In this document: piece by piece, positions 1 to 11,810 of the stretch
How positions within the stretch are numbered: position 1 is the first letter of the stretch
Layout of the letters: every line of letters begins with the position of its first letter
DNA from: Phoronis australis
Taxonomy: Eukaryota > Animalia > Phoronida
Direction: 5' to 3'
Length of the DNA stretch: 64,000 nucleotides
NCBI GenBank assembly: GCA_002633005.1
Contig: NMRA01000018.1
Coordinates: 879,531-943,530, forward strand
Notes under the pieces: generated by a model
Seen by the model: the letters and a program-made list of their open reading frames with translations, nothing else
What the model was told of the DNA's origin: nothing
Database searches by the model: none
Program-made: the position numbers and the translations under genes

Positions 1-489
1 CCGCATAAATAATGAGGTTTGGCTGAAGGTCCGCCCACTTTTTATAAATTTTAAAAAATTAGTTGTAAAATAACGAGAGTATGTACAAGGCTGTAATTTA
101 CGAAAAGTGTCAATTTTAGTGATATCTTTCAATTGGCAAAGCTCAATTTGTGATCTAAGCGGCTGAAAGTAAAGGAAATAGTGACTTTAAGATAAGCACA
201 CTAAAAGACACCATAACCAAAACGTTATAGAAGCAGGAAGCAACAAAAAGTGCAGTGTATACATGATGAAATCAGGAAATTACAAGGGAATTGAGTTACA
301 GAATCAGAAAGGCTGAATGCATTGAAAACAATAGGTGACTCTACAAGCATCACATTTCACACATGTTATAAGTGATACAAACCAGATTAACTGTAGTCCC
401 ATCAGACAGATTGAGTGAACCCTACTCCCCTTAATGTAAGGTTTTATAAGGTATGTTTGGTTGAAGCACTCATAATTTTGATACCTTAA

Positions 490-2403
490 GGTAGGTGTAT
501 ACACTGGTCAAATCTCCAGGTTCCTAACTAAATGAGTAAAAAGGGAGTTTCAACTAGTGAACAGGACTTTGAAAGTGACAAACATCAAAAAAAAAATTTG
601 TAGTTCGTTTTTTTAAAAAATCGTATTTTTTAATTTTACCTATTTTTTTTTTCAAAATGCTCAGGGATTATTATCAACTGTTTCCTTACGCAATATTCTA
701 CTTATCCATACCAAATATATGTACAAAATCATTATGATCTGATTTTGCGGCATTTTTTGCGATTGAGTTGGGGTAAGCACACCGTTTTTTGTCATTTGAT
801 CACTTTCCGTCTAAAAAATCTGATCCATGTATCAAAAAACCCTGGCACGCGATTTTACTTCAGTCTTAGAGGATTTCAAATTTGCAAATTTCGTAAAAAT
901 TTACCCACGTGTTGCGGAAAAATAGGCCCGAGAATCTTGTCACCATCCTGAAATCACGAGCCGAGAAAAACGGCTTTGAATTTAAGCGGTCATCGATTGC
1001 CACTTGAGATCAAATTTCGTTCAGAATGCATGGTCATTATGTTCCAATTTTTGTTAAAGTTCTAGAAATAAAGCTGACATTTACTTCATGTTTAGAAAAT
1101 GTGACATACCTGTTTGTTTACAGCGTAATTTTAATCATTTTTTCGAACTTGTGAAGCACGACAGACGACCAAAACAAATATGTCTGTCACGTGGGCGGAG
1201 CTTAGCGTTGATCTATTGTCTGCTGTACTGTTGTGCCGACCATGTGTTGATTGTTTATACGATTCATTTGAACTCTCCACTCAGTGTAGTAAAAGACTCT
1301 CTTACTATATTGCACAGACCTATTTGTTGAACTTAGTATTCCAATATTATTATCAACCAATACATGTGTTATATCAAATCGCCGCGTTACTGTCTACATA
1401 ACAATATTGGCGACGAGGATAAAGAACTACTTTCACAGTAATGGTTCAGCAATTTTACGTGCCTGTACCGAATGGACTTTGGGATAAGAAAATATCACTT
1501 TCTGCGCAAATAGCGTCGCTTGGGTGAGATTCTCAAGTTACCAAAGTTTCTTACATTGCTAACCTCTAAAATCGTATAACATCATGAGTTTTAATTCAGG
1601 GGTACGTTTGAGATCTATGAACTAGAAAAATTTTGTTATGTTGAACACTGGGTCATTTCTCTAATTCTTTGGGTTACGGCCAGTGGCAAGTTAAAAATCC
1701 CCTGGGTTTGACAGCCTAGTTTCTCCACGGCGCGTTCCCAGCACAGAAGCACGTTTTAGCTGCAAAGAATACTCTGACAGCATGTAGTTGTCCATGTGTC
1801 GCGCGAGCTTCGTGTCTTAACAGCGCGTGCATGCACTCTCACCGAATCGTGCAACACCACCCACGTCTACGCTCAGCGTCCTCTCGCAAGACACCTCACC
1901 TTACCGACTTCTCTTGTACACGCACAATTTCAGCACTAACTCCTCAAGCTGAGTGCAGTGATTGCTTCGGTAGGACTGGCGTACTCAACTTAATTTTTCT
2001 GCAGATAGACAGGCTCAGGCTCGGAACAGGAGCTAATTCACCATTTCACTACAAACTTTCACACGGTCAAAAATAGAATTATTTTATTCTTGGTCTTGCT
2101 ACAACATCAATAACAGCTGGCACAGCACTCTCGATTGCCCGGTTACGCAATGTTTGTTGACAGGGTTAGATTAGAGCTAGTGTCCTTGTATATAAGCTCC
2201 GTCCCAGTTTTCAGTCACTGAGCTGGAGAGCACTCAAGCCACATGACTTACTGAGGCTTGGTCAAATATAGCTACAAAACAACTTTGGATTTTCAGAATG
2301 ATTTTATTTTTCTTCAGTATACTGTGCACCAAGAATTAAAGATTAGGATGACATAAAAATGTAAAAAACAGCCAAAATTTATTTTTTTGTGTATCCACCT
2401 ACC
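490..2403. mobile_element. Non-autonomous TTAA-specific DNA transposon (Kolobok-like)
   Basis: TTAA at 486-489 is followed by ggtaggtgtatacac. The inverted copy gtgtatccacctacc ends at 2403 (1 mismatch) and is followed by tcaa, a decayed TTAA. A second copy starts at the same TTAA/TIR boundary at 46927-46931 with different flanks. Confidence 0.75.
1100..1420 (+). mobile_element. Gypsy-type LTR (~1100-1403) with tRNA-Ser primer binding site (1408-1420)
   Basis: Starts tgtgacata, ends tacataaca, and has an AGTAAA polyA-like signal at 1288. Four nt after the end is TGGCGACGAGGAT, complementary to the 3' end of tRNA-Ser(GCU). An ATG at 1441 (MVQQFYVPVP) may be a gag start remnant. Confidence 0.6.
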
Positions 2404-3227
2404 TCAACTACACACCTGGATGAATCATAACCTGCATCATCCCAAAAAATCAACAGTTAAAAAATTAGAGCTCTTGTACTGGGACCAGATTCCTATACAG
2501 TTGGAAATAAATATAGTGCATGTCTTTCACAAGCAGAAGAAGATTAATTTCTTTCACTTTTCATAATAATTTGTTCACCCCAATCACACGACCATCTAGT
2601 AGTCACACCCTGTTGAATGCTGGAATGCTTTCAGGGGCCGTTTGAGGCATCTTGTGCGTGATGGGACCAGAGTCTCTGGTCGTTGTTTTGGTCACTGCTT
2701 GATTTGTGGTGGTGGCATTGGTTGCACACGTGTCGCAGTCCACAATGATGGGATGAGAAACACTTTATTCCAAAGGTAACAATGAAAGATGTTCTATAGA
2801 CAATTAGTGGAGACTAAATTGCTTCCAATTCACCTTAAGACTACTCAAGATAATATGCACCTTAGCTTATACATGTATAACTGGCCCGTACAAATAAATG
2901 TGCTTGACTAGAAATTCCTGACATGACCTTAACATATGTATATCGCACGCCTAGGTATAGATTTGTGGGATATATCGGGGCCAATTTTGCACAGCTGCGT
3001 TCATTTAAAAGACGCGAGACCGTAAACATCCTATAGACCCAATTCACGCGGCGGACATTAAAATCCAAAGCGAGGCTCACTGCGATAAACAAAGCGGAAA
3101 TTTACATTGCGTGAATTAAATGTCCTGTCTTTGGAGATCAACCTGAATATTAAATCTTAAAAAGTGTCAATAATTAACCACAGAGACGTAGAAAAATACA
3201 ATTAAAGAACAAGTCAATGCACCAAAG

Positions 3228-3275
3228 AGTTGTCTGACGAAAGGATACAAGTTTTTTTCCGGAAAACTAGGTTCG
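3228..3275 (+). ncRNA. Degenerate minimal hammerhead-ribozyme-like motif
   Basis: ctgacga (3234-3240), a short gga...tcc stem II, gaaa, then ctag palindrome. Stem I is not convincing. Confidence 0.3.
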
Positions 3276-3821
3276 AAACATGAAAAGTAAACATGACCAA
3301 ATTGCGGCGATCGTAGTGTTACGGATTAGGTATCATGCTGAATGCAGGGTTACGTTTCTTCTAATAAATTCTTGATAAAAATGCTTTCTACACGAACCAG
3401 GTCATCTGGTCGTATTGTTGAAGAGTTGAAGATATATTCGACAGTGGTGGCTCATAGCATTTTGCGTCATGTGCAATTAGTTACATCTGGTTTAATTTGT
3501 TGATCAAGAGTAGGATATTAGCTACAAGCATAACCTATGTCCTGGTGAAGTAGGCACTACCGGGACTAACAGTTGATTTGTCATTGATCTGAAATAATAC
3601 TTGATGTTATTAAATATATATTTGGATTACGATAAAAAACCAGGCTCGCAATTGAAAATAAAAATTATATGAGCATCAATTATGCTTTCTTGGTTTTAAT
3701 AATTACGTCTATTTCCTGTGTTATATTTTTCAAATGACAATCTCGACCAAGTTGATTTTTAAAATTAAAACACCTAATTCTTTCGTCCAAAGCATAATCT
3801 CGATTTAAAGCACACAGAACA

Positions 3822-3978
3822 CAGTGGTGGATTTAGAGGGAGCCAAGGGGGCCATGCCCCCCCTAAAATTCTCCCAAATTCCATTTGGCAGTTCAGGAGC
3901 GCGAATGTCTGACGGGCAAAATCCTGGATAATACTCTGCCTTGCCCCCCACCCCAACTCAAAGTCCTGGATCCCCCTG
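3822..3978. mobile_element. GC-rich MITE with CAG...CTG ends and 5-bp TSD (GAACA)
   Basis: cagtggtggattt...tggatccccctg, flanked by gaaca on both sides. The internal sequence is shared with 38277-38480 (inverted) and 34918-35257. Confidence 0.7.
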
Positions 3979-4004
3979 GAACAAGCATAGTTATCATGTT
4001 TTTT

Positions 4005-4581
4005 CAGAGGCCTCGTTCATATCCGAGGGGAAAGGTGCCTGGTGTGCGGCCGTCTGCTAGGGGAATGTTTCGCCGACTGACGGGTCAGTGAAAAATCTAC
4101 TGACCTCCCGATCACCATCAATAGCACTCCGCCCTGTTGCAAGCTCTCATAGCTCTGTCTCAAGTAGCATTTTCAGTGGCTGATCTAGGATACCATGAGG
4201 GGGCGACATCCTCGGAGAAGCGGGCGCAAAGCGCGATTGTGTGCACGCAGGCGGCCCGGAAGTTGAGGGCGCCGAGGATGTATACATTACCTGTACTTTC
4301 TGCTCAGGATCTCTTTCGTTTTGATGGTTTATTTTGTTTGCGGCAGTCAAGGGGGGAGCGCGAGCCCCTGCCCCCCCCCCCCTAAATCCGCCTAGGATTT
4401 TGTACTTTTTCAAATTGTCACCTCTGTGGTCACAGGTGATTTGAACCGTTGGAGAGAAATTTTCAATCACTAAGGGAAGTTTTAGGCTTCGTGAGGCCGG
4501 GAATTTTGCGTGATTTTTCAATATTATTGAAAAGGGAATAGGGCCGATATTTGGCCCCAAAATTGAGGGATTGAGGACCCT
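4005..4581. repeat. Dispersed TIR element, also at 49994-50287; this copy contains a nested MITE
   Basis: Blocks such as ttgcaagc(t/c)ctcatag, ttcaaattgt(c/g)acct and ccaaaat(t/c)(g/a)agggattgagg(a/g)ccct are shared with 49994-50287. Confidence 0.6.
4174..4396. mobile_element. GC-rich MITE with 5-bp TSD (ATTTT)
   Basis: cagtggctgatctagg...cctaaatccgcctagg, flanked by atttt on both sides. The related copy at ~50120 has a single atttt (empty site). Confidence 0.65.
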
Positions 4582-5185
4582 TTTCTTTTTGTAAAGAAAA
4601 ATGCATTTCGCTTCAACTCATTGTCATGAAAACACAGCCTGGCTGGCCAAAGATTCTCCGGTCCTCGTTGCTATGGCAGCATCCGAGATGCGACAAATTA
4701 TGATTCGAAAACAGTTATAAATTTTACACGGACATATTTTCCTTCGCCGCGGCGTATGGCAAAGACCCAACGCTTCCGAATCCCAACGTCCTTAGGGATT
4801 GTAAAACAGAGAGTTGAGTGTCCGTATTTTTTTCTAGGTTTTCCAGCAACGCGGAGTACAACTACAGTGTACGTGGATAAGCCACCAGACCTATCGTAGC
4901 GAGCCTCGTTTTGGAACGCTCCTCCTGTCGGCGTGAATAGGGTCTATACCTAAGTGCAAGACAGTCGCGAGGTGAGATCACGTGGTTCGCTTGTAATGCA
5001 TGTAAGAGTGTTGTAGGAATAGGATAGGATTTTTCTTATATTCCATGTGAATACACTGTATGACGTATCGTGTTCTGAGTGCAGCCCGGCAGGGTAGGGA
5101 CACGCATGTAAAGTGGGTACTGGGGTCGATGAAATTATTCCCTTTTTCACAATTTTGGTATAAAAATGATACTCGTTTTTCACAA

Positions 5186-6250
5186 TTTTAGTTGGTATAA
5201 ATACGATATGCTTTTTTCAGCCGCGTGCCTCGCAATTTCAATCCACTGAGGCAACTTTTCCTCGCGAAGGCTGCCGAATATAGCCTTTCGCTCACGATAA
5301 AACCAGTTCCATGCCTTTGCACCGCTCTTCTCGCGCCTACAATTTTTTCCCCGACTTCAAAACTTCTTTCATTGTTGGATAGCCCTTTACTTACTGACTC
5401 CAAAAACGTAAGTCGCCACTTCTGGTGAGCCCTAATAAGGTCACAGCGGTGGATCAAATTTGGAAAATTGGGGGGAGTCTGTGATGTTGACCTTAAACCT
5501 TGGCCCCGAAGCCTACAAATAAGACGCGTTTGAAAACTTTCACTTTACCATGCTTCGAAAATGTCTCGGTTTGGTAGTCTTCAGGCTATTGGTCATGAAG
5601 ATAATGACTTCCCAAACGATAGTTCATTTTGGCACAACGTTTCTGATCTTTTGAAAGGGGTAGGTCTATTTGGGTCACTCCTGGGCCCTTACTAAAGCCA
5701 GTAAAAGTACGATATTTACATTTCTAGAGAGGAGAGACAAGGGGCTATCAGATGCACAAAGAATTTTTTAAATCGAAAACAAAATAAATTTGGACCCAAA
5801 GAGGACCCTTGGATGGGTCACTTTGGTGGGCCAATATGACCTAATTAGTGGGCCGATCACGCTAAAACTTGGGGGCTGACTATTTGGAAGATTGGCCTTT
5901 CAAATAGAAACGGAAACTTTAAAATCGAAGACAAAAACTTTTTCGACCGAAAAAACCCGGTGGCCGAAAAATTTTTTGTCTCTAATTTCAAAAATTCTTT
6001 TTCAGATAGTTATAGAATGCTGAGTAACTAAACCCAGTCAAGTTTGAGTTCGATTGAATCATTAATAAAGGTCACACGGCAAGATCAAAGTTGAAAAACG
6101 TCACTTTTAGACCTAAAAATTTTTTTACCTCGAATTCAAAACTTCTTTCGTTGTTGGATAGCCCTTCACTTACTGATTCCAAAAACGTAAGTCACTACCT
6201 CTAGTGAGCCCTAATAAGGTCACACCAGTGGATCAAAGTTCGAAAATTGG
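5186..6250. repeat. Internally repetitive TE fragment
   Basis: A block of ~110 bp (ttcaaaacttctttc...ggatagccc...gagccctaataaggtcac...ggatcaaa) occurs at ~5357-5470 and again at ~6135-6250. Confidence 0.55.
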
Positions 6251-6282
6251 AGCAGTCCAGAGGCGGACTTAGGGGGGGGGCA

Positions 6283-6357
6283 NNNNNNNNNNNNNNNNNN
6301 NNNNNNNNNNNNNNNNNNNNNNNNNNNNNNNNNNNNNNNNNNNNNNNNNNNNNNNNN
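6283..6357. other. Assembly gap
   Basis: Run of N next to a poly-G tract. Confidence 1.
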
Positions 6358-7064
6358 AGAACATTTAATCGCCTCATCATACGCTTACTTACAGTAACCC
6401 CCCAGTATTTCCAGCTTTCCGAGCGAAGTAAAAACAAAGCCAAGGCATAGCACGGACGCGACTTCACTTCGGATTAACCGCGGTCAGACGAAGTCCGGAC
6501 CTGAGCTAGTCTCGGTCCAACCGCGGTTTGGAACCCGTATCCGGACGCGGCCTAGCCGCGTTCGATAGGACGTTGGATTCGATCAGCACTGTACGTGTAA
6601 CGTGATCTAAATCCAGCATTTATTAAAAAGTTTATAAACTTAAAAGTACTTGTGAAAAATCTGTAAGATTCTTTCATCACAGCCGTAAGGACTTTGTTTG
6701 CATGCCGTACCATCCATAAAACCTAGGGTAATCCATTGCTGTTGACATGTATGCATGGGGATTATGAGTATACTGAATAGGCGTGTGAACTTTTAATTGA
6801 CACTGACGTTTCATCTAAAATTGAGAGATTTGCTAAGTCATGGTCTGCGCACCATAGGGTACTGAGGGCTATTATTTCAGTGCTGCGCCGCCCGTATAAG
6901 TGCAGAGTGTCTAAAATTTTCGTGACAAGCCGAACGAATTAGTACGTAAAAGTTTGCATACCCTCTCAGGCTACCCTTAAAATACTGTGGTTTCTGGTTT
7001 CCGTAGCCCGACCCTCACTACTCTGAGATGGGTAGGTCGGTTGGTAAAATATTTTATTCTTTTA

Positions 7065-9277
7065 CAGGGCTCGATGCTATTAAAATCGCCAGGCCGCATT
7101 TTGCGACTTAGCAAAATTCCAGGTCGCTTCTCGAAATCCAGCTTGCATTCGTAAATGCTTGGTCGCAAAATTTTCCCGCCATTTTTACGCGCCAAAATTG
7201 TTTTTATAGATCATCGAGAAAATGAGTAGATTGTAGTCTTACTTGCAACGTTAAATACTCACAAATTTCAGATCGCAAAATTGAGTTCGTTCATGCAGGT
7301 ACGGCGTTCTTGTTCTTTATGACCGCCATTGAAAGGCTCTAGAGCGCAAGGCAAATTTCCGACGTGAAAGTTGAATCAGTGCTCTCTAATTGACACGTGC
7401 ATTCGAGTAGCTAAGTTTGCGATGTGAAAAGGGAGAAAATATCCGATGAAAAGTATCCGGAATGTTGCAAGGCCTAACCTGCTACTGGCTGTCATCAAAG
7501 TCGTTTAAGATCCAAACTAACTCGAATTTCAAATTCCCTTCACTTTTTGTTCGAAGCCCAAATTTTGAAACTTACTGTAACTCGACGTTTTCAAAACATC
7601 TGTCAGAAAAAATCCGTGAAACGATACCCTAACCGAATGATGTATTTGGATGTGCGGAAACAATTCAGTGCAAATTTCACAAATATAATGTGGCACTTAT
7701 GCATTTAGTTTTCCATGAAATGAATAGTCTCGAAATAATTCCGGACTCGATCCGTAAGGGTTTCCATCGGGTAATCCAAGATTGTTCCTCAATACCTTCC
7801 AAGTACGGGAAAATAGGTCAGTCACCTAACGACACGCATGTCACTAGAGTTAACTTTCTTTCGGAGGTATAAAACAAAGCCAGGATTTGGTTTTTACATA
7901 TTGAGAAAAGACGTTTTCGAAAACTGAAAGTGTTGTGTAGAATGAGAGTGACACACTGTATAGGCTGCGTGTCAATTTTAAACCACGCGCGGTCGTTTTC
8001 AGTGCGCTATGATGGGCGTTAGCCTGAACTGTTAGTAAAAGACTGCAATGATAAGAAACGTTATGATAATACGATTTTGCGAGGCAGACTCCATCTAGTA
8101 GAGGTAACTTTCTGGATATCGTTATCACCTACACTGTACCCTTTTTAGCCACCCGGAATAATTTTGTAATTGCCCGCTTCAACCGGAACAAGATTGTTTC
8201 TATTGCAGTCTGAACATTTTACGGCGACGGTGCCTGTCCGGGGAGCGAAAAGTTGCTGGGGGTGTATGAACAGAAGAATAAAAAGTTCTCTAACCCCAAT
8301 TTAGCATCTAGCACCGGTTTAGTTGCAACAGTTGGCTACGCGCATAGAACACAGGGTTCAGGGAACATCGACCTCGGGAAACATAGGAACAGAAAAATTT
8401 CAGTTCTGAGTTATATCGGTCACGGGTAATATCGTAAAGCACCGGGTCTTTTATATCTGCCGGAAATCTATGAGTTCATTTCCAAATAAACCTCTAGCGC
8501 CCGGGTGCTTAACATAGACAAACCGGTATACTCTTTCATTTAGGGCTGTCAATGTTCTCTTTTGATGTGCAGTTTTGAAGTGGTGCGCACGCGGGATTTC
8601 ACTCACTTGAATCGCTGGAGTAGGCCTACACCTTACGTTGGCAACAACGAGTGAAAGACAAATCATATTTAGCGCACGTAGCCCCAGAAACAAGAAAGGT
8701 TTTTGAGAATTTCTTGGCAACCGAAACTAAAGACGAGGTCGTCGTTTAGCGATTAATAGGGTTGCTCGCTAACAACGGGACCGACCAGTGCCGTAGTGCG
8801 CTATATCAGGGATATTGTCGGGTATGTAATCAGGACATCTTACGCGAAAAATAAACATATTTTTCCACCAAAAGTTTGGTAAGTTGACCGCCTAAGAATT
8901 AGTAGAAACACCGCTGTTTTGTGACGTTTTGTCGCGTGTTATGCAGTGGCTCGAAACTTTTTTCGGCGAATCCGGAAATTTGCAAAAGTGGCCGAAGATG
9001 TTAGCCTGGTAAAAGCGTCAAAGATCGATTTGCATATTCCATGTTCACGCAACTTGCTTACACGTGAACTTGGATTTGGCAACAACCAAATAACGGTCGA
9101 ATTAATAAGAGTTGCTTTATATTTTGCGATATATGCCGACGTATAAAAACTCAGCTCGCATACGTTGGAAATTCCATGTCGCATTTTGCGACTTGATACG
9201 AGCTGACAAAAATCCCAGCTCGCATTTTCAAATTTCAAGTCGCAAATGGGACCTGTAGCTCGTTATGTCGAGCCCTG
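7065..9277. mobile_element. Non-autonomous hAT-like element, TIR CAGGGCTCGA, 5-bp TSD (TTTTA)
   Basis: Perfect 10-bp TIRs cagggctcga / tcgagccctg, subterminal cgcattttgcgactt motifs at both ends, and tttta on both flanks. Confidence 0.7.
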
Positions 9278-9489
9278 TTTTACTTTTCCATTGCTGGGGA
9301 GCGTTCATGTTTGTTGTAACGAATATATCGTATTCACAAGTGTAAAAAATAATTCTTTTGTCAGGTATCCAATCAACTATTTGAGTCGCGCACATATTTT
9401 ACAGGCGGTTCGCGCAAAAGAAACAAAATTTTACTCTCCCAGTCATCACCAGTGTTTTGTTTTGTGTTGCCATGAAGAAAAGGCCCTCT

Positions 9490-10997
9490 CAAATGGGAAT
9501 ATAAGAGGGGTTTCTGTACAATCTTTAATTAGTTTCCAATCGTTGGTCCTGGCCAGGAAGTGGGGCTGTTCTCTGAATTTCGGTTCTGTTCTGTTATTGC
9601 CGAAGTACAAACCGTTCTTTGACTTAAATCTGATTGCTGTTTCAGTTATAAGCTTCGGAGGGTTTTGAACTACTTCATTGATAGCATCAAATATTATTGC
9701 TAGGACGTGGTCATGTCACCAAGTGTAGCGACCATTATTTAATGCTACTGTGCAAGTGTTGAAGTGTTGAGGATGTGGTGAAGTGTGCCTTTAGCTGTTC
9801 TGCTGAGGTTGCAACGTTCAGAAGGCGATTGTTTCCATAAATGTAAATTAGCTGGTGTTGGAGGTATATCGTGTATGGCATTTAACCTAAATGTCAAGAG
9901 AGATGGATTCCATGCATAGAGACTCTTGCTCCAAGATACATCAAGTGACATAACTACATCCTATCTGAGCCATAACCCTTGTTTGGAACAGCTATACAGA
10001 TATAAGGGTGCTTTATTTTCGTCGACTTCCTTTATACGTTCCGTTATAGATGCTCTATGTTCTTTAGTTGTCATGTTCTTGATAAATTTTCTATTATTGG
10101 TGTTATAACCCAAACCTTTCCTGTCATTATGATTTCTCGAATTATAAACTTCATTCAGAACTATATCTCTTTCTCTCTCTTCGAGTTCTCTTATGCCATT
10201 CCACCGTTTTGGCGTGAAAAATTGTTTAAATTTACCCATATAAAGTTTCCTTGATTCAGGGTCGTTCGCATATTTGTCGATGTGAAACTTGACCACTTGC
10301 ATCTTCTTTAGATGGGTTGCTAGGCTAGTCATGCCTAAACCAAGATGCTCTTTGGATCTGTAGAGAACTGAGTTAGTTGACATTTTACAGATTCCAAGCC
10401 ATTGTTTCAGATATTTTGTGCATACATGTTTTTTTAGCGAAACTCACTGGGAAGTCATACACTGTGAATTCCCAAGTAATCCTTGGAACCACACCAACTT
10501 TGTAGATCCAGGCTTTAGTTGGACCATTAGTACTGTCTTTGTCTAGATTTTCTAGCAAAGTTTTTAATTTTGTCTCAAGTTTATTCCTTATTTCCGTGTC
10601 TTTCAGATTTTTGAATATCGTTTTCCCAAGGAATTTCATTGGTCCTTGATGGATGTAGGGCATTTTTGTATTCTGGATTGACAGTTGAGGATCATACGGC
10701 TGGAATAATGTACCTCCACGAAATGCAAGTGTTTTACATTTGCTTGACTTAGCTTTCATTTTGCGACTCCACGTGAGAAACTGTTCCAGTTGCTGAATCA
10801 TTGATTGACAGTCTTTCGGGCTTGTAGCAATAAAATTGGTGGAATGTTTGTTAGGTGAATTTAAGTTTGGAACCATTTTGTTTCTCTTTGTCGATCATCT
10901 CTAGGCCATGTTGAAGGCTGCGGGGAATAGTATGACAGACAAAGGGCATCCCTGAAATAAGCCAATATCGTAACGTATCCAGTTGGTTGTCCACTCT
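9490..10997 (-). mobile_element. Decayed RLE-type non-LTR retrotransposon (HERO/NeSL-like): RT C-terminus plus CCHC/RLE region
   Basis: Translates to GLFQGCPLSVILF (RT), MKAKSSKCKTL, PMKFLGKTI, KAWIYKVGVVPRITW, LGLGM, PTPANLHLW...CNL...TLHHILN-CTVALNNGRYTW*HDHVL and NDWKL. Contains multiple frameshifts, including an 8-bp duplication agtgttga at 9755-9770. Confidence 0.85.
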
Positions 10998-11269
10998 TTA
11001 CAGTTCGTATTCGCACAAATAATTCATCAGCAGCTCAAAATTCAAGTACACTATCACGGATGAGAAATAACATGACCACCGGTCCTCTAAATCGGACTGA
11101 CTCACCCAACACAGGACCTCCGGAGATAAAATGGTACCGTCGCACCGGAAAATAGGACTGACGCACCTAAAAACATGACCGCCCCACCACAAAACATGAC
11201 CGCCGGGCAATATGTAGTTGCCAATGTCTTTGTATGATAGGGCCTACTGCTTGTGATTACGTAACCGGT

Positions 11270-11520
11270 CAGCTAGCTGTGTAAAGACTCGCCAAAATAA
11301 AGCTTGGTAGCACTGCGTTATTGAGCTCCGTTACATCCCCGAAATTTCCCACAGCTCGGGTATTGTTCTGCTCGTCACCTCGTGAAACTTATCTCAACAT
11401 GTAGAGCTAGAGAGCGGAGCAGGCGCATGCAAAATCTAGGAGTCAATCAACACTCACCTTGCCTGTTGCAGCCGCTTGAGTGAAAAACAATCTAATGAAC
11501 GTCATTTGTTTGCCTAATGT
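11270..11520 (+). repeat. Dispersed repeat, also at ~20153-20375 and partly at 57111-57188 (-)
   Basis: Shared ctagctgt..aagact..cgccaaaata.agct, ttgagctccgt, cgtgaaactta and tgaaaaacaa.ctaat.aacgtcattt. Confidence 0.6.
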
Positions 11521-11521
11521 A

Positions 11522-11810
11522 ACCATAGACTATAGTACATGGGGCCGCCAACTCCGTATACTTTCAATGGACGAAATCTGTGATCTTACCATAGACTATA
11601 GTACATGGACCGCCAAATCCGTATACTTTCAATGGACGAAATCTGTGACCTTACGCACAAGCCCTTACGTCATTATTCACTGGCGACACCTGGCTAAATT
11701 ATCTGGTGCAATTTCCGGCAAGTACGTCGTCTGCTAATCATGGTCGGCGTGAATGGCAGCAATAATACTTTATATATTTGTTCAACGCACTTCGAAGATG
11801 AATGTTTTTA
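11522..11810 (+). mobile_element. P-element-like left end (tandemly duplicated 66-bp unit) with THAP fragment
   Basis: CATAGAC-starting units at 11524 and 11590. Downstream are FP...RREW and YICSTHFEDECF (11773-11808), the THAP C-S-x-H-F motif. Confidence 0.5.

Noticed and set aside
2606-2755. Minus-strand peptide IIVDCDTCATN resembling the GPCR N-terminal TIVDCDFCFAN
   Set aside because: Only a short match, with no transmembrane segments following and a stop soon after; probably chance.
4650-4700. tcctcgt followed by a gcatc/gatgc hairpin (HDV-like?)
   Set aside because: P3 and P1 pairings cannot be formed.
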